From: Dehalococcoidia bacterium
Lineage (GTDB): Bacteria > Chloroflexota > Dehalococcoidia > UBA6926
Reading direction: 5' to 3'
Assembly (NCBI GenBank): GCA_965220565.1
Contig: CBDCQG010000001.1
Location: forward strand, 532,297-596,296
DNA length: 64,000 bases
Shown here in pieces: positions 39,692-50,365 of the stretch. How positions within the stretch are numbered: position 1 is the first letter of the stretch; each line of letters opens with the position of its first letter. The notes under the pieces are model-generated. The model made no database searches, had not been told where the DNA came from, and saw only the letters and a list, made by a program, of their open reading frames with translations. The position numbers and the translations under genes are program-made.

Positions 39692-40918
39692 TCAGCCTGC
39701 CTTCGTATGCCGCTCCACGAATCGGCCCATGCGCGTGAGCGCCTCTTCGATGTCGTCCACGCTCGCGGCGTAGCAGCACCGCACGAAACCCTCGCCGGAC
39801 GGCCCGAACGCGCTCCCCGGCACCACCGCGACTCCCTCTTCCTTCAGCAGCCGTTCCGCAAAGTCCTCGGATGACATACCCGTCGGCATGATGGATGGGA
39901 ATGCGTAGAACGCCCCGCGCGGCTCCACGCACGGCAGGCCGATGCGCCGCAGCCCCTCCACAAGCAGCCGCCGTCGCTGGTCATACGCCTCGCGCATCTC
40001 CGCAACGTCTCGGTCGCCGTCGCGCAAGGCCTCCAGCGCCGCTGCCTGTGCAGCCGTTGGCGCGGACATCATCGTGTACTGGTGGACCTTCATCATCGCC
40101 GAGATGATGTCCGATGGGCCGGCCGCATAACCGACGCGCCATCCCGTCATCGCGTGCGACTTCGAGAATCCGCCCAGCACCAGCGTCTGATCGCTCCGGC
40201 CTGTAAGTGATGCGAACGACGTGAACGGCTCATCCGGCGAGTACACGAGGCGGTCGTAGATTTCATCGGCAATGAGCAGCAGATCATGGCGGGCGGCCAT
40301 CTCGGAGAGTTCCTCGGTCGTCGCCCTGTCCAGCACCGCGCCCGTTGGGTTCGATGGATTGTTGATCAGCAGCGCCCGCGTCCGCGGTGTGATGAGCTTC
40401 TCAACCTCCGATGCGCGCAGGCGGAACTCATCCTCCATCGTCGTCGGCGCGGTGATCAGCGCCCCGCCCGCCATATGGACAACGGGGAAGTACGCCACGT
40501 AGCACGGATCGCCCGTGATCACCTCATCGCCGGGATCGAGCGTTGCCCGCAGCGCAAGGTCCAGCGCCTCTGAGACCCCAACCGTGATGAGCAGCTCGGA
40601 CTGGGGGTCGTAGTGAGCGCCATATAGCCGCTCCAGGTACGCGGACAACTCCTTCCGAAGCTCCGGCGTGCCGTAGTTCGAGGTGTAGTGTGTGTGGCCC
40701 CGTTCCAGCGAATCGATAGCCGCCTCGCGGATATGCCACGGCGTGACGAAATCCGGCTCGCCGACGCCCAGTGAGATGATCCCCTCTTGCCCGGCAATCA
40801 GGTCGAAGAACTTGCGAATGCCGGACGGTGGAATGTCCTCCACCCGCTGCGCGATGCGCCGGCGAGCGGTCTGTTCCTGTGGCGGTGGGGCGGTATCGCG
40901 CTGTGTTGAATTCGTCAT
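39692..40918 (-). CDS. class I/II PLP aminotransferase (YugH-like)
   Basis: SGIRKFFD, LGVGEPDF, NPSNPTG, DEIY, FSKSHAMTGWRVG. Confidence 0.93.
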   Translation of the reverse strand: MTNSTQRDTAPPPQEQTARRRIAQRVEDIPPSGIRKFFDLIAGQEGIISLGVGEPDFVTPWHIREAAIDSLERGHTHYTSNYGTPELRKELSAYLERLYGAHYDPQSELLITVGVSEALDLALRATLDPGDEVITGDPCYVAYFPVVHMAGGALITAPTTMEDEFRLRASEVEKLITPRTRALLINNPSNPTGAVLDRATTEELSEMAARHDLLLIADEIYDRLVYSPDEPFTSFASLTGRSDQTLVLGGFSKSHAMTGWRVGYAAGPSDIISAMMKVHQYTMMSAPTAAQAAALEALRDGDRDVAEMREAYDQRRRLLVEGLRRIGLPCVEPRGAFYAFPSIMPTGMSSEDFAERLLKEEGVAVVPGSAFGPSGEGFVRCCYAASVDDIEEALTRMGRFVERHTKAG

Positions 40919-40928
40919 AAAAACCCGC

Positions 40929-41465
40929 CTACATCGACACCGGCAAGCGCCGCGGAGAATCGTCTTCCGTATCGAACAGCGAGCCGTCCTCCTTGTACCG
41001 CTTGAGGATGAAGTGCGTTACCGTTCCCTGCACGGCCTCCAGCACCGCCAGCTTGCTCGCCACGAAATTCGAGATGGCGTAGATGCTCTCGCCCGTCACC
41101 TGCACCGCGAGGTCGTAGTCGCCGGACACGAGGTGCATGGAGCGCACCTCAGGGAATCGCGCGATGCGCGTCGCGACCGAATCAAAGCCCACCTCGCGCT
41201 GTGGTGCAACGCGCACCTCGATGATCGCGTGCACGTCGCCGCGGCCCAGCGCGTCCCAGTTCACCTGGGATCGGTACGACAAAATGATGCCGTCCCGCTC
41301 GGCCTTAACGATGGCCTCGCGCACGTCATCGATCGACCGTCCGGTCATCTCCGCGATGCGTTCCGGCGGCGTCCGCGCGTCCTGTTCAAGAATCCGAAGA
41401 ATGTCATCCATCACATCAAATGATACCGACTCTGTAAGAACGGCGTCAGGCATTGTGGGCATCAA
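40929..41465 (-). CDS. Lrp/AsnC family regulator (YugG-like)
   Basis: ILRILEQDAR HTH, LVSGDYDL, THFILKRYK; start may be further downstream. Confidence 0.9.
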   Translation of the reverse strand: MMPTMPDAVLTESVSFDVMDDILRILEQDARTPPERIAEMTGRSIDDVREAIVKAERDGIILSYRSQVNWDALGRGDVHAIIEVRVAPQREVGFDSVATRIARFPEVRSMHLVSGDYDLAVQVTGESIYAISNFVASKLAVLEAVQGTVTHFILKRYKEDGSLFDTEDDSPRRLPVSM

Positions 41466-41497
41466 TACCTTGACAGTTTTGTAGGATGACCTGAATC

Positions 41498-42367
41498 TTG
41501 CCTCTTATGGTGAGTCTTATTGGTCGTGGATGGAGAAGCCACCTTGCTGAGCTTATTCAAGGTGCGCACGAATCCCTTGTGATTGCGGCTCCATACATCA
41601 AGCGCGATGAAGCAGCTTGGGTCTGTAACCTCTTAAGCCCCAACGTTGATGTCCACACGCTTGCTCATGTGCAGACCGAAGCAGTGGAGAATTCATCTCT
41701 GGATATTGCAGCCTTGTCGCTGCTTTCCCAAGCGTCACGCGATTCAAGTGTTTATGCGTTGCCGTCTCTTCATGCCAAGGTATACGTTGCCGATGACACG
41801 GCGGCAATCGTGACATCGGGAAACCTGACCCGGGCTGGCCTCGATAGAAACCTCGAATATGGACTAGCCATCCAGGTGCCTGAACTAACAAGGCAGATTT
41901 ATTCGGACATGATGGCGTATAGACAGCTAGGGTCTCCTGTACCTCCACATGTCGTTGCGTCTCTACTGGAGTTGGAAAATCACATTCGTCAAGCTAGGGC
42001 AGGTGTTGTCGACAGTGCAACGAATGCTGCTAAGCGGCGCTTCGAAGATGTGCTGGAGCAGGCGGAAGATACCTTTACAGCCATTCAGGTAGGCAATCGC
42101 ACTAAAAACTCAGTGTTCAGTGAGGCGATTCTCTACGCCTTGGCTGACAGTCGACCTCACTCAACGCAAGAGGTCCAGCAAGCGATACAGCAGTTATTGC
42201 CCGATCTTTGTCAGGACGACAAGGATCGGGTCATCAACGGCAGACACTTCGGAAAGCTCTGGAAACACGATGTGCGGAACGCACAACAATACTTGAAAGG
42301 CCAAGGACGAGTCACATATGATGCTGAATCTCAAACGTGGAGTCTAGTTGAAACCAGGAGGGGTTAA
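41498..42367 (+). CDS. PLD-superfamily nuclease-like protein with a C-terminal winged helix
   Basis: LHAKVYVADD..AIVTSGNLT..G...NLE; C-terminus WKHDVRNAQQYLK..G resembles Mrr N-terminal domains. Confidence 0.8.
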   Translation: MPLMVSLIGRGWRSHLAELIQGAHESLVIAAPYIKRDEAAWVCNLLSPNVDVHTLAHVQTEAVENSSLDIAALSLLSQASRDSSVYALPSLHAKVYVADDTAAIVTSGNLTRAGLDRNLEYGLAIQVPELTRQIYSDMMAYRQLGSPVPPHVVASLLELENHIRQARAGVVDSATNAAKRRFEDVLEQAEDTFTAIQVGNRTKNSVFSEAILYALADSRPHSTQEVQQAIQQLLPDLCQDDKDRVINGRHFGKLWKHDVRNAQQYLKGQGRVTYDAESQTWSLVETRRG

Positions 42368-42423
42368 GAAACGTAGCGGCCAATTCTGGGTAATACATTC
42401 CTCCAACAATCTGGAATAAAGTC

Positions 42424-43896
42424 TCACCCCAACTCAGGCCTTTGGGTGTGCCAATCCGTCGCCTGCTCATACGTGTACGCCGCACGGATGATGGCCTCCT
42501 CTCCGAGAGACGGCCCGATAAGCTGCAGCCCCACCGGCAGCCCGTCGACGAATCCGCACGGCAGGCTGATGGCCGGCACGCCGGCGATGTTCACCGGAAT
42601 CGTGCAGATATCCGCCAGGTACATGGCGAGAGGGTCGTTCGTGCGTTCACCCAACCCAAACGGCAGCGTCGGCGACGTAGGTGTCAACAGGACGTCAAAC
42701 CGTGTGAAAGCGTCCTCATACTCACGCCGGATCAGCGTCCGGACCTGCTGCGCCTTGCGGTAGTACGCGTCGTAATAGCCGGACGAGAGCGCGTATGCGC
42801 CAAGAAGAATACGCCGTTTCACTTCGGGCCCGAACCCGTGCTGCCGCGTCCGCTCCATCCCCTCCCACATATCCGCCGCGCCATCCCATGAGTAGCCGTA
42901 CTTGACCCCGTCGTACCGCGCAAGGTTGGACGATGCCTCCGACGGCGCGAGGATGTAGTAGACGGGCAGGGCATACTCCGTGAGGCTCAGCGAGACCTCC
43001 CAGTCGACAATCGCCCCCGCCTCTTCCAGCACGCGCGCCGCCTCAAGAACCGTGTCCCGCACCTGCGGCTCTACGCCCTCCCCGAACAGTTCCTTGACCA
43101 CACCGATCTTCATGCCCCGTACGTCCGGCACAAGCGCCTGGGTATAGTCGGGCGTGTCACGCTGAATGGACGTTGAGTCCATCGAATCGTAGCCGGAGAT
43201 CGTGTTGAGGGTCAGAGCCGCGTCCGTCACGTTCGACGTGAGCGGCCCGATCTGATCCAGCGATGATGCGAACGCGATGAGTCCGTAACGGCTCACGGTG
43301 CCATAGGTCGGCTTGATGCCGACCACGCCGCAGAACGATGCAGGCTGCCTGATGGAGCCGCCCGTGTCTGAGCCCAATGCGATGAGCGTCTCTCCTGCCG
43401 CGACCGCAGCCGCGGACCCTCCCGATGAGCCGCCCGGCACACGGCCTGCGTCCCACGGGTTATGCGTCGGAAAGAAGGCTGAGTTCTCCGTGGACGATCC
43501 CATCGCGAACTCATCCATGTTGGACTTGCCCACCATCACCGCGCCCGCGTCCAGCAGCTTTTGTGCCGCCGTCGCGGTGTACGGCGGCACAAAGCCCTCC
43601 AACATGCGGGATGAGCACGTTGTCGAGATGCCCGCTGTGCACATGTTGTCTTTCAAAACCAGCGGGATGCCGGTCAGAGGCGTCGTGCTGCCCTCACGGA
43701 TGCGTTTGTCCGCCGCCTGCGCTGCGCTGCGTGCCTGCTCCGCCGTCACCGTCACAAGGCCGCGCACCTGTGGGTCAACCGCCTCGATGCGACCCAGCAC
43801 CGCCTCAGTCAGCTCAACGGCGCTGATCTCGCCCGTGGCCAATAACCGCGACGCCTCATGAGCGGAGAGATGATGCAGGTTGTCGGAAGACATCAT
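42424..43896 (-). CDS. gatA: Asp/Glu-tRNA amidotransferase subunit A
   Basis: [38 protein letters not shown]. Confidence 0.97.
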   Translation of the reverse strand: MMSSDNLHHLSAHEASRLLATGEISAVELTEAVLGRIEAVDPQVRGLVTVTAEQARSAAQAADKRIREGSTTPLTGIPLVLKDNMCTAGISTTCSSRMLEGFVPPYTATAAQKLLDAGAVMVGKSNMDEFAMGSSTENSAFFPTHNPWDAGRVPGGSSGGSAAAVAAGETLIALGSDTGGSIRQPASFCGVVGIKPTYGTVSRYGLIAFASSLDQIGPLTSNVTDAALTLNTISGYDSMDSTSIQRDTPDYTQALVPDVRGMKIGVVKELFGEGVEPQVRDTVLEAARVLEEAGAIVDWEVSLSLTEYALPVYYILAPSEASSNLARYDGVKYGYSWDGAADMWEGMERTRQHGFGPEVKRRILLGAYALSSGYYDAYYRKAQQVRTLIRREYEDAFTRFDVLLTPTSPTLPFGLGERTNDPLAMYLADICTIPVNIAGVPAISLPCGFVDGLPVGLQLIGPSLGEEAIIRAAYTYEQATDWHTQRPELG

Positions 43897-43911
43897 GGTT
43901 GTGTGATGTGC

Positions 43912-44595
43912 CTAGAGAAGTCTCCGCGTCTGTTCAGGATTGAGCAACTCCTCAACTCGGCTCAGTATCTGTTCTTGCAACTCGTCCTCAGGTTTGGTCG
44001 CATCGAGTACGAAGAATCGGTCGGGGTCTCCTTTGGCAATTTCGAGATACCCATCCCGCACGCGACGGTGGAATTCCGTTGCCTGCTTCTCCATGCGGTC
44101 CCTCTTGTCAGGCACACGTCTCAGACCTTCCTCCGCTCTGATATCCAGGAGGATTGTTAGGTCTGGCTTGAGGCCGCTCGTTGCAACATTATTCATCTCG
44201 TTGACTTGATCCAGCGGCAAATCCCGACCGTAGCCTTGGTAGGCGGTGGTGGAATCGGCAAAACGGTCGCAGATAACAACCTCGCCCGCATCCAGAGCCG
44301 GACGCAGAACCTCGTTTACTAACTGCGTTCGCGCGGCGGCAAAGAGAAACAGTTCCGCAATCGGCTCCACCTTGCCCGGGAAGCCGGGACTGCCGAGTTC
44401 GGGGAAGAAGTTCTGACTGGCGGACTGATTACGCTGGTGACTCACGTACGAATAGATGAAGTCACCAAGCTCAGTCCCGCCAGGCTCACGCAGCGTTCTG
44501 ACGGTATGAGATTCGGCCAGCTTGTCCGCCAATAGCGCCGCCTGCGTCGTCTTGCCGGCGCCGTCGCAGCCCTCAAACGTGATGAAAATACCCAC
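43912..44595 (-). CDS. tmk: thymidylate kinase
   Basis: FEGCDGAGKTT, REPGG, CDRF..ST.AYQG. Confidence 0.95.
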   Translation of the reverse strand: MGIFITFEGCDGAGKTTQAALLADKLAESHTVRTLREPGGTELGDFIYSYVSHQRNQSASQNFFPELGSPGFPGKVEPIAELFLFAAARTQLVNEVLRPALDAGEVVICDRFADSTTAYQGYGRDLPLDQVNEMNNVATSGLKPDLTILLDIRAEEGLRRVPDKRDRMEKQATEFHRRVRDGYLEIAKGDPDRFFVLDATKPEDELQEQILSRVEELLNPEQTRRLL

Positions 44596-44602
44596 GGCTG
44601 CG

Positions 44603-46204
44603 TTAGCGCCCGGCCCCGACGGCTTCGCTCGCGCGATAGACCCGAACGCGCCGGTTCGGCTCCCGACCGTTTGAGTGCGACTGCAAGCTTGCCTCCTGCG
44701 CCATCTGGTGTTGAAGCCTGCGGATGTACGCGTTCTGCGGCCTCAATTCAATCTCATCCACGTCCCCCGCCAGGACCCGCTCCAGCGATTCTTCCGTGTC
44801 TTCCAATATGGACTCGATGTCCTCCGCCATGCCGCGAGAATGCGCAATGGCCTGCAAGGCTTGCTCAAGCTGCGTCGGCGTATTCTTCCTCAGCACGTAA
44901 ACGGGAACGTGGTTCTCCTCCGCCGTCCTCACTGCCGGTGTGCGTCGGCGGTACAACTGCTTTGTCGTCAGCATGACATCCGCGGAGCTGATCGAATCAA
45001 CCACGCGGAACGGCAGGCTGAGTGTGTACAGGGTCTCCTCGAGCTTCCCCCGACCGATGCCGTGCGCGAAAACGTCGGCAGATGTCCGCCGGTAGTCCGC
45101 CTCACGCGTCTCATCCAACTCCCGTTCCTCGTCCATCTGGTAGGCCGGGCGGCCTGCGCCGATTAATCCAAACGACTCCTGGTCGCCCTCGGTTTCCTCA
45201 ACCGCTCCCTCGTCGCTGATCTTTCTGACCTGCGGCCGCGGCGGCGCTCCGCGCAGCATCATGTCCACCGTCCGCGCCACGTCGGCGTGCACCGCAACCT
45301 CGTTGCGGCTGCGAATCTCCACAACCACGTTGAACGTCGGCGGCGCCTTGCGCTCCAGGACTGTCTTGCGTGTCCGCCGCCGCCGCGCCTCCTCATCTCC
45401 CAGCGTCACGGCTTGAATCCCGCCCACGAGGTCCGCAAGCGTTGGATTCTGAACGAGATTATCCAGCCGGTTGCCATGAGCCGTCCCGATGAGCTGCACG
45501 CCTCGTTCCGCTATCGTGCGGGCTGCAGCAGCCTCCGCTTCCGTCCCGATCTCATCGATGATGATGACCTCCGGCATGTGGTTCTCCACGGCCTCGATCA
45601 TCACCCGGTGCTGCTGGTGCGGCTGCGGCACCTGCATCCGCCGCGCATGGCCCAATGAGGGATGTGGAATGTCGCCGTCACCGGCGATCTCATTGGACGT
45701 ATCGACAATGATCACACGCCGCAGCGCATCGTCCGCCAGAACGCGCGCCACCTCGCGGAGCATCGTCGTCTTGCCGATGCCGGGACGGCCAAGCAGCAGG
45801 ATATTGCCGCCCTCCGTGATGAGGTCATCGATAATCTTGATCGTTCCGAAGATCGCCCGTCCCACGCGGCACGTAATCCCCACCACGCGCCCCTGCCGGT
45901 TCTTGATTGCCGAGATGCGATGCAGTGTCCGCTCGATCCCCGCGCGGTTGTCGTCGTTGAACTCGCCGATGCGCTCGACAATATAATCGAGGTCCTCTGA
46001 CGTGATCTCCGCGTCGCTCAACTCGATCTCGGCGTCGAGGAAGCGGGCCTCCGGTTTGCGGCCAAGGTCCAGCACGATCTCAAGAAGCTGATCCGCGTTG
46101 CCGTGGGTGCGAAGGGGGATTGAGATGCGCGGCGGGAGAGCGGAGTACAGCGCCTCCATATCGTCGGTTTCCGACTCGCTGGCAACATAGACCTGCTGCT
46201 CCAA
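44603..46204 (-). CDS. Ycf45-like AAA ATPase (SpoIIIAA-type) with C-terminal R3H domain
   Basis: DLGRKP, TLHRIS, GRPGIGKTT, VDTSNEIAGDG, RRLQH. Confidence 0.9.
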   Translation of the reverse strand: MEQQVYVASESETDDMEALYSALPPRISIPLRTHGNADQLLEIVLDLGRKPEARFLDAEIELSDAEITSEDLDYIVERIGEFNDDNRAGIERTLHRISAIKNRQGRVVGITCRVGRAIFGTIKIIDDLITEGGNILLLGRPGIGKTTMLREVARVLADDALRRVIIVDTSNEIAGDGDIPHPSLGHARRMQVPQPHQQHRVMIEAVENHMPEVIIIDEIGTEAEAAAARTIAERGVQLIGTAHGNRLDNLVQNPTLADLVGGIQAVTLGDEEARRRRTRKTVLERKAPPTFNVVVEIRSRNEVAVHADVARTVDMMLRGAPPRPQVRKISDEGAVEETEGDQESFGLIGAGRPAYQMDEERELDETREADYRRTSADVFAHGIGRGKLEETLYTLSLPFRVVDSISSADVMLTTKQLYRRRTPAVRTAEENHVPVYVLRKNTPTQLEQALQAIAHSRGMAEDIESILEDTEESLERVLAGDVDEIELRPQNAYIRRLQHQMAQEASLQSHSNGREPNRRVRVYRASEAVGAGR

Positions 46205-46278
46205 ATGCGTACCCCTTTCGCCTTTGAAGATCCTGTTTTGAGCTTACCGCACGCGCGCCAGAAATTCTGCTATTCGCG

Positions 46279-47220
46279 CTAAAGGCCAACGGGCGCGAAT
46301 GCGCCCTCAAGAACCCGCTGGCCCATTTGGCAGGCGAAGCTCTTGTAGGTCGCCTCCAAACGGAACCCACGCAACGTCAAAGCCCGGGCAGTCGCAGCAT
46401 CGTGGGTGGGCGTCAGGAACATGATCGTCCGGGAGCGGCCCGATGACTGGATGACCGACTCAATCAGCGCGTCGATGGCCTCGGGTTGTTCGGGCGACGC
46501 AGCGCATCGGGCGATCACCGCGTTGGAGCCTACCTGCCCGAACCGCACCCACCCGATCTGCCCGCCATTCACGGACGCCACGATATCTGTCGTATTTCGC
46601 ACGTCGATCCACCGCGTCGCCAATGACTCCTGCCACTCGCGCACCGTCATCCCGTCCGCTGCGCGCATCTCGACCGGCGCCCACGACGTGTGCAGACGGA
46701 ACAATCGAAAATCTGCGGGTTCCGTAAGAACCCTGATGCTGACGTTCGTCGGAATCTCACGCGGCTCTCGATCTCCGGCGGGCCGCACGTAGAGCTCTTC
46801 CTCCGCATAACCCCGGAAACCGGCGCTGCCCACCGATTCCAGGATCGCGCTGTGGCCTGAGACACGGAGAAAGATGGTCGTTCCCTTCTTGGGGCGCAGC
46901 ATCCTGTCGAGTTGTGGCAACAGATCCGCGCACAGTCCTTCTGCATCCGGCGGCACCAGCAGATGCTCGATTTCCCACGAAGAACCGCCCTCCGCGCCCC
47001 GGACGACGGCCAGTCCGCCCGGCCTCTTGCCATCCTTCAGAAGGAGACCGAGCGTCTCGCCCGTTCTTGGCAGGGACGCTGTCCCCACGATTCGCGCGAT
47101 CGATCGCTCAATCCCCCTGTCTTTCCCCACGTGCGTATACGGGAAAGCGTGGTCGATTGTGGGGCGGGATGCCAGCCCGAGAAGGCCGGCGATATCGGTT
47201 GGTCGGGCTCCCTTTAACAT
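46279..47220 (-). CDS. hypothetical protein, possibly tandem GNAT-like fold
   Basis: 313-aa ORF filling the gap, co-oriented with the ycf45-like gene; ends of both halves resemble GNAT ..GF motifs. Confidence 0.65.
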   Translation of the reverse strand: MLKGARPTDIAGLLGLASRPTIDHAFPYTHVGKDRGIERSIARIVGTASLPRTGETLGLLLKDGKRPGGLAVVRGAEGGSSWEIEHLLVPPDAEGLCADLLPQLDRMLRPKKGTTIFLRVSGHSAILESVGSAGFRGYAEEELYVRPAGDREPREIPTNVSIRVLTEPADFRLFRLHTSWAPVEMRAADGMTVREWQESLATRWIDVRNTTDIVASVNGGQIGWVRFGQVGSNAVIARCAASPEQPEAIDALIESVIQSSGRSRTIMFLTPTHDAATARALTLRGFRLEATYKSFACQMGQRVLEGAFAPVGL

Positions 47221-47360
47221 GTCTTAGACCGCGTACAGCAAGATCACGTGCGCTCCGTCCATTACCGGTTATTCTAACGATTTGGCGAGGCAGTGGGGGG
47301 CCTCCGATGGACAGCATCCCCCGTGGCAGGTATACTTCGCGCCAGTAACAACTGAATAGG

Positions 47361-47461
47361 GTCTTGCGGGAGCTGGGTGTGCCCGGCTGAGAGGCCCCGA
47401 CAGACAATGGAATCGGGGCGACCGTCGGAACCTGAGCTGGGTAATGCCAGCGGAGGGAAGA
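47361..47461 (+). promoter_or_regulatory. TPP riboswitch (THI element)
   Basis: GGGAG...GGCTGAGAG...GACC..CGGAACCTGA.CTGGGTAATGCCAGCGGAGGGA directly upstream of the thiamine ABC transporter. Confidence 0.93.
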
Positions 47462-47556
47462 GGCTGCGGAGATGCCGATACATCTCCCAATTCCAGGAGC
47501 GCCGCTGACATGTTCAGCGGCTTTGTTTTTTTGATGAAGGTCTTGGGAGGATAGTC

Positions 47557-48672
47557 ATGGATCGTGCGATGGCAGGGTTTTCACCGCAAGGACTCAGAGG
47601 GTGGCCGTTCCGTACCGCAGTGGTTGCGCTCGTCATGGTTGTGGCGGCGCTTGGCGCGGCCTGTGACAACGTCAGTATCAGCATCAACACTGAGTCCTCT
47701 CCGCGCGACCTCATCATCATGTCCCATGACAGTTTCAATATCGGTGAGGATGTCATTGCGGAATTCGAAGAGGAGCATGATGCCACGGTGACGATCCTCA
47801 AGTCCGGCGATGCCGGCGAAGCGCTCACCAAGGCCATCCTGGCCAAGGACGCGCCCATTGCCGATCTCCTGTACGGCATTGACAACACGTTCCTTGGCAG
47901 GGCGCTGGACGAGGAGATCTTCATCGAGTATGAGTCGCCGATGCTCGAGAGGGTTCCGGGTGAATATCGACTCGATTCCTCCAATCACGTCATGCCCGTC
48001 GACTATGGCTTCGTTGCATTGAACTACGACATCGCGTGGTTTGACGAACGGGGCATCGCTCCTCCGACCGATCTGCGATCGCTCACGGAGCCAACGTATA
48101 GCGGGCTGACGGTTGTCCAGAATCCCGCGACCTCATCGCCCGGCCTTGCTTTCCTGCTGGCAACCGTATCTGCGTTCGGCGAGGACGGGGACTACACGTG
48201 GCAGGACTACTGGACGGATCTGCATGACAACGAGGTGCATGTCACGGACGGATGGACGGATGCCTACTACACGGTCTTTTCGCTCTATGAGGGCAATCGG
48301 CCCATCGTCGTCAGTTACACCACCAGCCCCGCGGCGGAGGTCTTCTACTCCGAGGGCGCGCTGACGGAGCCGCCGACCGCCAACGTGTTGGGCGATAATT
48401 CCGCCTTTCTCCAAATCGAGGGCATCGGCATCCTGGACGGCGTCCGCAACGAGGAACTCGCCCAACAATTCGTGGACTTCGTGATGGACCGCAGATTCCA
48501 GGAGGACTTTCCCACTTTGATGTGGGTCTATCCCGCGAACGAACGGGCCGAGCTGCCGGACGTATTCGAATTCGCTCCCATCCCGGATGATCCGGCGGAA
48601 CTCAGTCCCAGGACCATTGCGGAGAACCGTGAACGCTGGATCGATGAATGGACGGCGCTCTTACGTAGCTAA
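47557..48672 (+). CDS. thiB: thiamine ABC transporter substrate-binding lipoprotein
   Basis: LGAAC lipobox, HDSF, GIDNT, TSSPGLAFL, SYTTSPA. Confidence 0.92.
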   Translation: MDRAMAGFSPQGLRGWPFRTAVVALVMVVAALGAACDNVSISINTESSPRDLIIMSHDSFNIGEDVIAEFEEEHDATVTILKSGDAGEALTKAILAKDAPIADLLYGIDNTFLGRALDEEIFIEYESPMLERVPGEYRLDSSNHVMPVDYGFVALNYDIAWFDERGIAPPTDLRSLTEPTYSGLTVVQNPATSSPGLAFLLATVSAFGEDGDYTWQDYWTDLHDNEVHVTDGWTDAYYTVFSLYEGNRPIVVSYTTSPAAEVFYSEGALTEPPTANVLGDNSAFLQIEGIGILDGVRNEELAQQFVDFVMDRRFQEDFPTLMWVYPANERAELPDVFEFAPIPDDPAELSPRTIAENRERWIDEWTALLRS

Positions 48673-48693
48673 GGCGCGTTGGGGCAGCGCCCG

Positions 48694-50352
48694 ATGAATG
48701 TGTGGCGCATTGCGCGGATTGCCCTGCCGCTGACCTTCCTGCTGGTCGCCTTCGCCTGGCCTCTGGTCAGCGTCATGCGTGTCGGCCTCGGGTGGGACGG
48801 GCAGGGCCTGCTTGCGCCGTTCGTTGATGCTGCGAGTGATCCCTATCTGCGGGGACGCTTCATCTTCACCGTGTGGCAGGCTGCCCTCTCCACCATCCTC
48901 GCGCTTGCGTTCGGCCTGCCGTCGGCCTACGTCTTTGCGCGTCACCGGTTCCGCGGACGCGGCGTGCTTCTTGCGGCGATTACGATCCCGTTCATCTTGC
49001 CCCCCATCGTGATGGCGCTCGGGCTGCTCTCCCTCCTGGGGCCGTCAGGGCTGATCAACGACGCTCTTACAGGTCTCTTCGGATTGGATGAGGGGCCCAT
49101 CAAACTCCTCAACACCTTTGCCATCATCCTCATTGCCCACGTCGTCTACGAGTACGCCATCGTCGTGCGGCTCATCTCCACCTTCTGGGCGAATATGGAC
49201 CCCGCCGTGCAGGAGGCCGCCGCTATGCTTGGCGCATCGCCCCGCCGCGTTTTCTTCAGCGTGACACTGCCGCTTCTGTTGCCCGCCGTCGCCGCCGCCG
49301 CTGCGTTGATCTTCCTTTTCACCTTCACCAGCTTCGGGATCATCCTCATTCTCGGCGCGCCGCAGCACGCGACGCTGGAAGTCGAAATCTACACACTCAT
49401 GACAAAGCTGTTCAGGCCGCATATCGCCGCCGCGCTTGCCCTTACCCAGCTCATCGCGACCTTCGGCATGCTCTGGGCATACGTCAAGCTCCAGTCGGCG
49501 GCTGTGACCCGCATCCGCCTCCGCGCTCAGGGCGGGACAGCGCCTATAGGCCGCTCCCCGGCGGACTACATCATGCGGCTTGGAGCGCTTGCGTCCGTGC
49601 TCCTCGTCCTGTCTCCGCCGCTCGCCCTGCTCGTAGGCTCATTCATCACGTCGGACGGCCCCGGCGTGGTCGGCTACACGGCCATCATGTCCAATGACAG
49701 CAACGAATATTTCTACATCTCCCCGATAGCGGCCATTCGCAACTCGCTTGCATTCGCTGCCGTCACGGTCATCCTTGCCGTGCCGCTTGGCGTCCTTGCC
49801 GCCTATGGCCTGCGGAATCCGAGGGCATGGTGGCGCAATCCGCTTGACGCCCTCTACATGCTCCCGCTCGGAGTCTCCGCCGTCACGCTCGGCCTCGGCT
49901 ACCTGCTCAGTTTGAGAATCGGCGCGTTTGACGTTCGCACCACCGTTGTGCCCATCATCCTTGCCCACACCCTGATCGCGTATCCGTTCGTCATCCGCGT
50001 CGTCCTCTCTACCATGCGGGCCATCCGACCGCACCTGCGAGAGGCCGCCCACGTGCTGGGCGCGGGGCCGATCGCTGCCGTGATGCGTGTCGATCTCCCC
50101 ATCCTTTCCCGCGCCATCCTCGTCGGCAGCGTCTTTGCGTTCGCCGTCTCCCTTGGCGAGTTCGGCGCAACCCTTCTCCTGAACCGCCCCGAATACACGA
50201 CGATGCCCGTTGCCATCCTCAATTACCTGACCCGCCCGGGCGCGATCAACCTGGCGAGCGCCCTCGCCATGAGCACGGTGCTGATGGTCGTCGCAGGAGC
50301 CGGATTCTTCCTCATCGAGCGCGCCCGCTACCGCGGCTGGGGCGAATTTTAA
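48694..50352 (+). CDS. thiP: thiamine ABC transporter permease
   Basis: Two EAA motifs, FTSFG, SLGEFGAT. Confidence 0.9.
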   Translation: MNVWRIARIALPLTFLLVAFAWPLVSVMRVGLGWDGQGLLAPFVDAASDPYLRGRFIFTVWQAALSTILALAFGLPSAYVFARHRFRGRGVLLAAITIPFILPPIVMALGLLSLLGPSGLINDALTGLFGLDEGPIKLLNTFAIILIAHVVYEYAIVVRLISTFWANMDPAVQEAAAMLGASPRRVFFSVTLPLLLPAVAAAAALIFLFTFTSFGIILILGAPQHATLEVEIYTLMTKLFRPHIAAALALTQLIATFGMLWAYVKLQSAAVTRIRLRAQGGTAPIGRSPADYIMRLGALASVLLVLSPPLALLVGSFITSDGPGVVGYTAIMSNDSNEYFYISPIAAIRNSLAFAAVTVILAVPLGVLAAYGLRNPRAWWRNPLDALYMLPLGVSAVTLGLGYLLSLRIGAFDVRTTVVPIILAHTLIAYPFVIRVVLSTMRAIRPHLREAAHVLGAGPIAAVMRVDLPILSRAILVGSVFAFAVSLGEFGATLLLNRPEYTTMPVAILNYLTRPGAINLASALAMSTVLMVVAGAGFFLIERARYRGWGEF

Positions 50353-50365
50353 AGTTGGTCACCGT

